NCBI GenBank assembly: GCA_012295275.1 | Contig: CM022672.1 | Coordinates: 28,334,001 to 28,398,000 of the forward strand | DNA from: Chrysomallon squamiferum | Taxonomy: Eukaryota > Animalia > Mollusca | Length of the DNA: 64,000 nucleotides | Reading direction: 5' to 3' | Part shown: positions 57,512-64,000 of the stretch, in pieces | Layout of the letters: every line of letters begins with the position of its first letter | Position numbering within the stretch: the stretch's first letter is position 1 | Notes under the pieces: generated by a model | What the model saw: only the letters and a program-made list of their open reading frames with translations | Told to the model about the DNA's origin: nothing | Databases searched by the model: none | Translations under genes and position numbers: made by a program

Positions 57512-59415
57512 GTAGGTACCGGCAGGCAAATTTTTTCTGACTTTAATTTCACATAATATGCATAATATGCGGTTAAAACGATATATGCAAATCGGTACCA
57601 CAGGTATTTGGTTGTTTTTTAGCCCATTTTTGGCTAATTAGCAGAAAGGGCTACTTTGGCCAACTGTAGTTTGAAAAGTAATTGACACAAAAGGCTGAAA
57701 AGTACCAACTTGCTAAATGAGCTCAATTTTTTTCAGACCTGTATGTTTCTATGTGTGTTGACAGTAACATGCTGAACATGCCAAAATCTTCAAAATGACA
57801 CATGGCAGAATGACTAAAAGTTCAAATAGACACTGTGGTTTCAGTTTTTGTCTTATTTGACAAATTCAACCTGTGTTGTGAACAATGTATCAAGATCTTT
57901 CAAATGACATACTTGAATTTAACATTTGTAATAATAAAAAAAAAATTCTACCAAGCCTATAAAAAAAAATTACCTTTTCAATTTATATAGAACAGCACAA
58001 CTTTATTTACATAAGCAGCTTCAATTTTCACTCTATTAAATAATTGGTAGTAATAAGTTAAGATATTGTGATATGTATATATCATATATATATAAATGTT
58101 ACTTAAAAGGTCTACAAGCATTTGATGTTTAACCATAATCCTTTGCAATACATAAACTCAGCTAATCCTTGCAGTCAACTCCAGAAAGGTGTTGCAGGTA
58201 TTAATCAGGGACAATAAAATGTATGTAATCATGAGACTAAAGGCAATTAAAGACACAGGTGTTATAAGTCTGTCATTTGAAGCAAACATAAAAGAACTTT
58301 CTTAGCTTTGTACTTGCTGTGATTTGACAGCAAACAAAAGTTACCTATCATCTGACCATTGTTGAAATTTTCTCTGATAGAGCTTATCAACAAGCAAAAA
58401 TAATGTTTTAAAACTGATCAATTTATGATTTTACATTTTAAAAAAAGTGATTAGATTGTTATTCAGCATTCCATCAATACCTCTGAATACATTGTTCTGT
58501 TATGTTGTATTGTTTGTTATGTTTACAATTCTTAATTTGACGTTTATCGCAAGAATTTTGAAAGCAAAATAATCGACGGTTTTAAACTGAAGATAGTAAT
58601 CGGCAAAACAATGTTAATTTTATTTATTTCAGAACATGTTTTCGCTATGCACGTGCTATAATGTATACGTAGGGACACTGAAGAAAAACAAACAGCCAAC
58701 AAGTTATTAAAAATATAAACAATATATAAATATAATCATTTTAAACAGCGCCAAACCTTTCTAGCTGTACATAAGATCTACAGCGATTTCGTTCTGGAAA
58801 AAAACATAACTTAATGGCGATTTCACTAAACACGTGCTACGTTCAAACGCAGAGCTTGTTTTCGCCAAAGAAGACACACCGTAGTGTCGCACATTGTTTG
58901 AAAGGTAATTGAATGATCTTTCATTTGATTCCATGAACATAGGTTTTATTTTCAGCCAGTTTTTTTCAAAACAGATTTGGAGGCATGAAAAAGTACATTT
59001 TTGGACACAACTTTTGATATAAGACATTGCCAGCGACAACATGAACACCGTTAGAAGGATTGAACTTTGACCCTCCTAGGTGTGCTAAAAATAACATTGA
59101 AGCCATTTTGGCAAAAACAAGCCAGGCGTTTGTAGAGTGACCCTATTTTAGGACTGTTTACTCCACGCTGTTAATTGCTGACCACAGGTGCCAAAGTGCG
59201 TTTACCCCCACCGCGTTTAACACTCTCGTACAAAGAACTGATTAAACATACAACAAGAACAACAACACCGTTTAAAAGAGCACATAAAGTTAGTTACATG
59301 TATTTGTATTTTATGGTAGGATTTATGGAAGGGATTTGGGAGTGGAGGAAAATGGACAAAATCTGAACTTTTAACACCTTCAACCAATTATATAGGCTAG
59401 GCTGCCGGTACCTAC
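57512..59415. mobile_element. Non-autonomous TIR DNA transposon, copy B (about 1.9 kb), inverted relative to copy A
   Basis: Perfect 14-bp TIR GTAGGTACCGGCAG / CTGCCGGTACCTAC with TAT on both sides (possible 3-bp TSD). Superfamily unresolved. Confidence 0.85.
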
Positions 59416-59441
59416 TATATGAAACTAAAAGTAGTCAGTAC

Positions 59442-59570
59442 CTTCTGAGCAGCAGATTCATTTCCTTTAAGAGCATCAAGTAAGTTCTCAGACAGTGTTC
59501 CAACATTCTTGTCTGACGACACCTGTTCCAGCTTGTGCAGTATTGATATGCAGTTGTTCGCTATCAAATC
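59442..59570 (-). CDS. UBR4: UBR4 exon
   Basis: DLIANNCISILHKLEQVSSDKNVGTLSENLLDALKGNESAAQK. Confidence 0.93.
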
Positions 59571-59826
59571 CTTCAATTAAAATACACATCAATTTAATTT
59601 CTATTATCAAGACAGGATTTTTCTTCCTTATTTGCATGGTACCACAATTGTTTTTTAAAATTCAAAGTAATAACATTATTTTACTGATTGGAATTATTCA
59701 AAAGCAGCACACGTTTAATTTTCATAATACAAATAGCTAATATTTTATTACCAAAATATACAAGATACTGAATAAATGCTAATAAGTGACTAAGACATAG
59801 TGTATTATTGTGCTATTAGTAAGTAC

Positions 59827-59926
59827 CTGTGTTGCTGGGTGTTTTGTACACAAGCCAGTGAGAAGTCGAAGTACAAATGTCAGTGAAGGTTTTGCTATAA
59901 ATTCTTTCCACACTTCAGAATCAGTT
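59827..59926 (-). CDS. UBR4: UBR4 exon
   Basis: TDSEVWKEFIAKPSLTFVLRLLTGLCTKHPATQ. Confidence 0.93.
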
Positions 59927-61018
59927 CTGTACAAAATCAACAAAAGTTATCTTAATGCACAACAAAATACTCTCAATTTTAGTAAATCCCAATGTAATTA
60001 AAGTAATTATGTAATGGTGTCACACACACACACAGAGGACTCTGGGAAAATAGGCATTTGACTAATCTGGATGTCTGTGAAAACAGCCACCATTTCAGAG
60101 TCCTGTCCAGCAATAATTAATGTATTATGAACAAAACTCTCTCTGATCCTGATGCTGTTTACTTCATATTCTGGGTGTAGAGTCAAGGAAAAAAGAACAA
60201 TTTATTTAATAATTAGCTTTCTTACAATTTTGCAAATGTAATCAGTTCTTAAACAACAGCAGCAGTTTGCACATAATTAGGCAATCATATGAGATGAAAT
60301 GATTGGGCTTCTTTGTTGGCTTAGTAAACAGTGATGCCATGCACATTTTGCACTGTCTTACTCTTATTGAATTCATCATCATAGCAGTTTAATGTGAAAT
60401 TAATAGAACAGTGTTCATCGAATCCAGTGAGTAACCAGATTTAGTTATTCAGTTTAAGATAGGACTGCACTGATCATTACCAGCAATTCTATGAAACCAA
60501 CATTTCAGATTAAAGAAAACAAGTAACAACCAGCAAATTAAAAAATCTGTATGGATTAAAAATACATGCCGAGTTTCACTGACTGAACTTTCATACACAG
60601 ATATTCTTAAATTAAATATTTTGCTGTTACTCCAAAAGCAGACTTTTGCAACTGATGTAAAACATGGAGGCCATGATAGAGGAGTTAGCTTTGGAAAGAA
60701 ATAGGAAAAAAATGCAGTGATCAGTCAGTCAGACTATTTCTTAGCTGACACTTGAAAGACATTTAACTGTGACATTCCCAAGTGAATCTGGTTTTGACAG
60801 TGTCCCCTGTACACAGACAGACAAACAGACAGATATTATATACACATATACACACCCACAAAAAGTGATTACTGTCTTTTCTTCTTCATTTTGTTTATTC
60901 AATACAAGATCCACAAAGTTTAGTTTATTTCCAGAATGGAACATCATACATCAGTATATAACCAGAAGTAAAATATTAAGTACTGTTAAAAAAAAAAGGA
61001 AAAAGAAAAGATTCTTAC

Positions 61019-61128
61019 GCCAGCAAAGTTTTGATTGGTGGGGCATGTGTCAGAATGTAATCAACAGACTTCTGTACTATTCCATGTTCTAGTATTACAT
61101 TTTTCAGTCGTATTCCATTAGCATTGCT
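61019..61128 (-). CDS. UBR4: UBR4 exon
   Basis: SNANGIRLKNVILEHGIVQKSVDYILTHAPPIKTLL. Confidence 0.9.
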
Positions 61129-61289
61129 CTGAAAAAACATGAATATATACATTATAATAAATATCATGAAATTAAAATATCAAACATAACAATACTTCTA
61201 AAACTGGCAACAGGAAGTTTTAGAAAGAAAAAAATTTGAATTTTTTTTTTTAACAGATGTTAGATTTTTTTTAAAAGTGTACTTCATAC

Positions 61290-61362
61290 CTCAATTGCTG
61301 ATGCAACTACACAGAAACAGTCCAAATGTACTTGTTCGTCCTGATTGTTTTCCAAATCAAAC
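61290..61362 (-). CDS. UBR4: UBR4 exon
   Basis: FDLENNQDEQVHLDCFCVVASAIE. Confidence 0.9.
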
Positions 61363-61657
61363 CTTTGAAAAAAAACAAAAAAAAACAACTATTGAAAACA
61401 AATACAACTACACCACCTGTATAACACAGAATTTATTGTTGTGCAAAAATCAAAACAATATCCTATTCACAGGATATAAATATAAAGCTTCAAGGATGCT
61501 TTTCATTCATTTATCTTAGCACATTCCTTATAATTAAAGTTTTTATTATGCTGCACAAATTAAAACAGTGGAAATATAAATACGCTGCAACTAAAGACAT
61601 TTTAAATACATACTTAAAACTAATAAAAAATTAAAGAGTATAAAGTGTATAGCTTAC

Positions 61658-61848
61658 TGGTTGAAATCCAAGTACGGTTTGAAATGGTTAAGAAGTGCTA
61701 TCATTTTGTCATCTTCACCAAAGGCTAAAAATGGTAGAAGTCTCATCAGAGCTTGTAAGATGCTGCTGTTATTGCGTACTACTGGGCTGTTGATGCGTTC
61801 AAGCAACATCATCAGTTGTTCTTTGTCTCCACACCTTTTACTGAACTC
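61658..61848 (-). CDS. UBR4: UBR4 exon
   Basis: EFSKRCGDKEQLMMLLERINSPVVRNNSSILQALMRLLPFLAFGEDDKMIALLNHFKPYLDFN. Confidence 0.93.
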
Positions 61849-62222
61849 CTGAAAACTCAGATATAGATATTATGCATAAAAGATATATATATACCTGTAC
61901 TGCCTCAGTCTGTGTTCAATTTCAAAAAAAATTACCATCTTAACTCTATAAAATACATTGTGGAAACAATGCAAAAACCCCAAAATGTTGTTATAGCAAT
62001 CTAGATTCTAAAAATATTTTTTTAGTTCTGTACCTTTAAATAAAATACATATAAAATAAATAGTTTATTTATTATTTTCTTTTGCGAAATTCATTTAGAA
62101 GGCAGCATTTTCAAAACAATGAATATTTCACATACGATAAACAAAATGGCCTTTTTTAATTATATCTTTTATTTTCTTTTATCTAAACTGTAAATTAGAT
62201 ATTTTACAGTATGTATGCTTAC

Positions 62223-62348
62223 TGTATACTGTTGTGGAGGCTGCTGACTTGCTTCTAGCAGGATGACTTCCATGATCTGAAGAATCTGCTCTGTGATTGT
62301 CTGCCCCTTTGAAGCACTGGCTCCACCTTCCTGTTCTGTCCACAGTGC
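62223..62348 (-). CDS. UBR4: UBR4 exon
   Basis: ALWTEQEGGASASKGQTITEQILQIMEVILLEASQQPPQQYT. Confidence 0.9.
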
Positions 62349-62650
62349 CTTTACAGAAAAAAATATAAAATAAAATCATATCTGTGAAGCAAATGTTTAA
62401 TTATAAAAAGCTTAAAATAAAACTAATAGCCATCCTTGTTTTGCTTACCTACATAATACTTATTTCCAACTATCTTTTTAATATTTATTTCTCCCATTAT
62501 TAGTTTAAATATTTACTTTTGTTCAATATACTTAAGATATTTTCTCCAAGTGAATGGTTCTGTAAATAATACAATCAATTCTAACTTTAATTTTCTTGGT
62601 TTTCATAGTATAATACCACTTGCCACATTTATTTTTTAATTACAAATTAC

Positions 62651-62804
62651 CAGGTTAAGAGCACCAAGCATGATGTTGATAGTGTTCATTTCAGGTTTAA
62701 TAAGCTCCTGTCTGTTTGCCTTCACATTGACAGCAAAACCAAACAGTTTGAGTAAGACAACCATTAGCTGTTTGCCAAGAACAAGATCTTTAATTGATGC
62801 CAAT
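62651..62804 (-). CDS. UBR4: UBR4 exon
   Basis: LASIKDLVLGKQLMVVLLKLFGFAVNVKANRQELIKPEMNTINIMLGALNL. Confidence 0.93.
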
Positions 62805-63233
62805 CTGGAAAAAATAAATACCAGATAAATAAATTATGAAAACTAAAAACTTGTAACACTGCAAAAGAAGTCTTGTTATGATGTTTATAACATAATACAT
62901 TAAACATCAAGATCTGAAATCAGCACAAAAATAAATCTGTGCGAAAATTCTTCTTTGCCTATTATAATATCCAGCAACCCGCTATTACTTTACAGTTTTA
63001 ACATGTAATTTTGATTTGTAACACACACTGAATGAAAGATGAGAGAAATCACTAATTAATTATCTTTATTATCCAAAAATAAATCTGAATGGATATATTA
63101 AATAATATAACTTTATTTAACTGAACATTTATTTTCTATTTCTTAATATATGTCATAGATTTTAGATATTTGTACAATACACATTTGAGTACTTCAAGTA
63201 TAATAATGCAGTGAAAATGCAGTGAAAACTCAC

Positions 63234-63315
63234 CTTTCTAACATAATTTGTAGTCCACCACATTCTTTCAAAACAAGAGCCATTTTGAACACCTCTTCTT
63301 TATCAATGTCCTCCT
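63234..63315 (-). CDS. UBR4: UBR4 exon (most 5' exon in the window)
   Basis: EDIDKEEVFKMALVLKECGGLQIMLE; acceptor CACAG, donor GTGAGT. Confidence 0.92.
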
Positions 63316-64000
63316 CTGTGATGGGGGAACAAAATAATAAAAAATACCTCTAGTGTTACATGTTATATTTGTTTTCACAATAGAGACTGAGAGCTAATGT
63401 TCAGTGAACAACAATATGTTGTAACTATTATGACTACAACACAACTTGATATATAACTATTATAAATGGTTTTACTGTCAGACAGTACATATACCACTTA
63501 CTACATTTTCAAATATCTTTACATTTAAGACCATCACTGAAAGGTTAATAAGGTTGCAAGTAGCATCATTAGAAAATACAAACACAATTAAATATTATCA
63601 ACATCTAATAATCTAACATTTGTGTGGATGTCCAGGAAAACCCTTGACATGGTTGAAATTTTACTTTCCATTTTATTGTGTCAGGCACTAACGTCTCCCT
63701 TGAACACAAAACAGTTTGAATAATCAAAATGTCATATCCTGAACTAAGCACAAGTAATAAATTTGGCTCCATGAACCAAGAATGATTCTTAAGGCCAATA
63801 AACCTCTTCTTAATTTTGCATAATGGTTGGTTTTATATTTAGGAATTTGGAGAGCATGGAAAATTAAAAAAAAAAAAAAAAAAAAAAATATATATATTTT
63901 TTTTTTTGCCAGTAACAGTCATTATTTCAGATTTTGCAGTGAAATGACAATAAACTTAAAAATAATCTGTATCAATTCCTTTTCTAATAGTATCATGAAG

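Larger units (their letters stand above)
50122..63315 (-). other. UBR4: UBR4 (p600) E3/E4 ubiquitin ligase, 3' portion (18 coding exons, 2183 nt); the gene continues beyond the window
   Basis: Continuous phase-consistent translation collinear with the recalled UBR4 C-terminus (e.g. [51 protein letters not shown]). Confidence 0.96.

Noticed and set aside
58761-59366. ORFs inside transposon copy B as a transposase
   Set aside because: Short, no DDE or other motif recognised, and not preserved in copy A.
63787-63870. TTAA-GGCC start suggestive of a Kolobok-like element end
   Set aside because: No partner terminus is visible within the window.

Overview
Eukaryotic, very AT-rich, microsatellite-dense animal DNA. 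It is probably a mollusc or other lophotrochozoan; this is inferred only from protein and repeat style. Nearly all ORFs in the supplied track are microsatellite artefacts. Two real spliced genes face each other tail-to-tail. (1) A complete LIM-homeobox gene of the Lmx1 family on +: 9 coding exons from 13173 to 44681, about 381 aa, with a candidate non-coding first exon ending at 10007 and a 19.7 kb intron between the LIM1 and LIM2 exons. (2) The last 18 coding exons of the giant E3/E4 ligase UBR4 on - (63315 down to the stop at 50122, about 727 codons, including the hemiRING). The most notable structure is a pair of inverted non-autonomous DNA transposon copies filling the two UBR4 introns that flank an 8-exon, 993-nt, phase-0/phase-0 block. 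This is a classic back-splicing (circRNA) architecture whose circle would be a stop-free ORF encoding the hemiRING module. Other signals are a 575-bp near-perfect palindrome, two smaller (TA)n-centred palindromes, a MITE resembling mammalian MER46/Tigger4, LINE and Tc1 relics, and microsatellites placed at splice acceptors or in complementary nested pairs inside Lmx1 introns.
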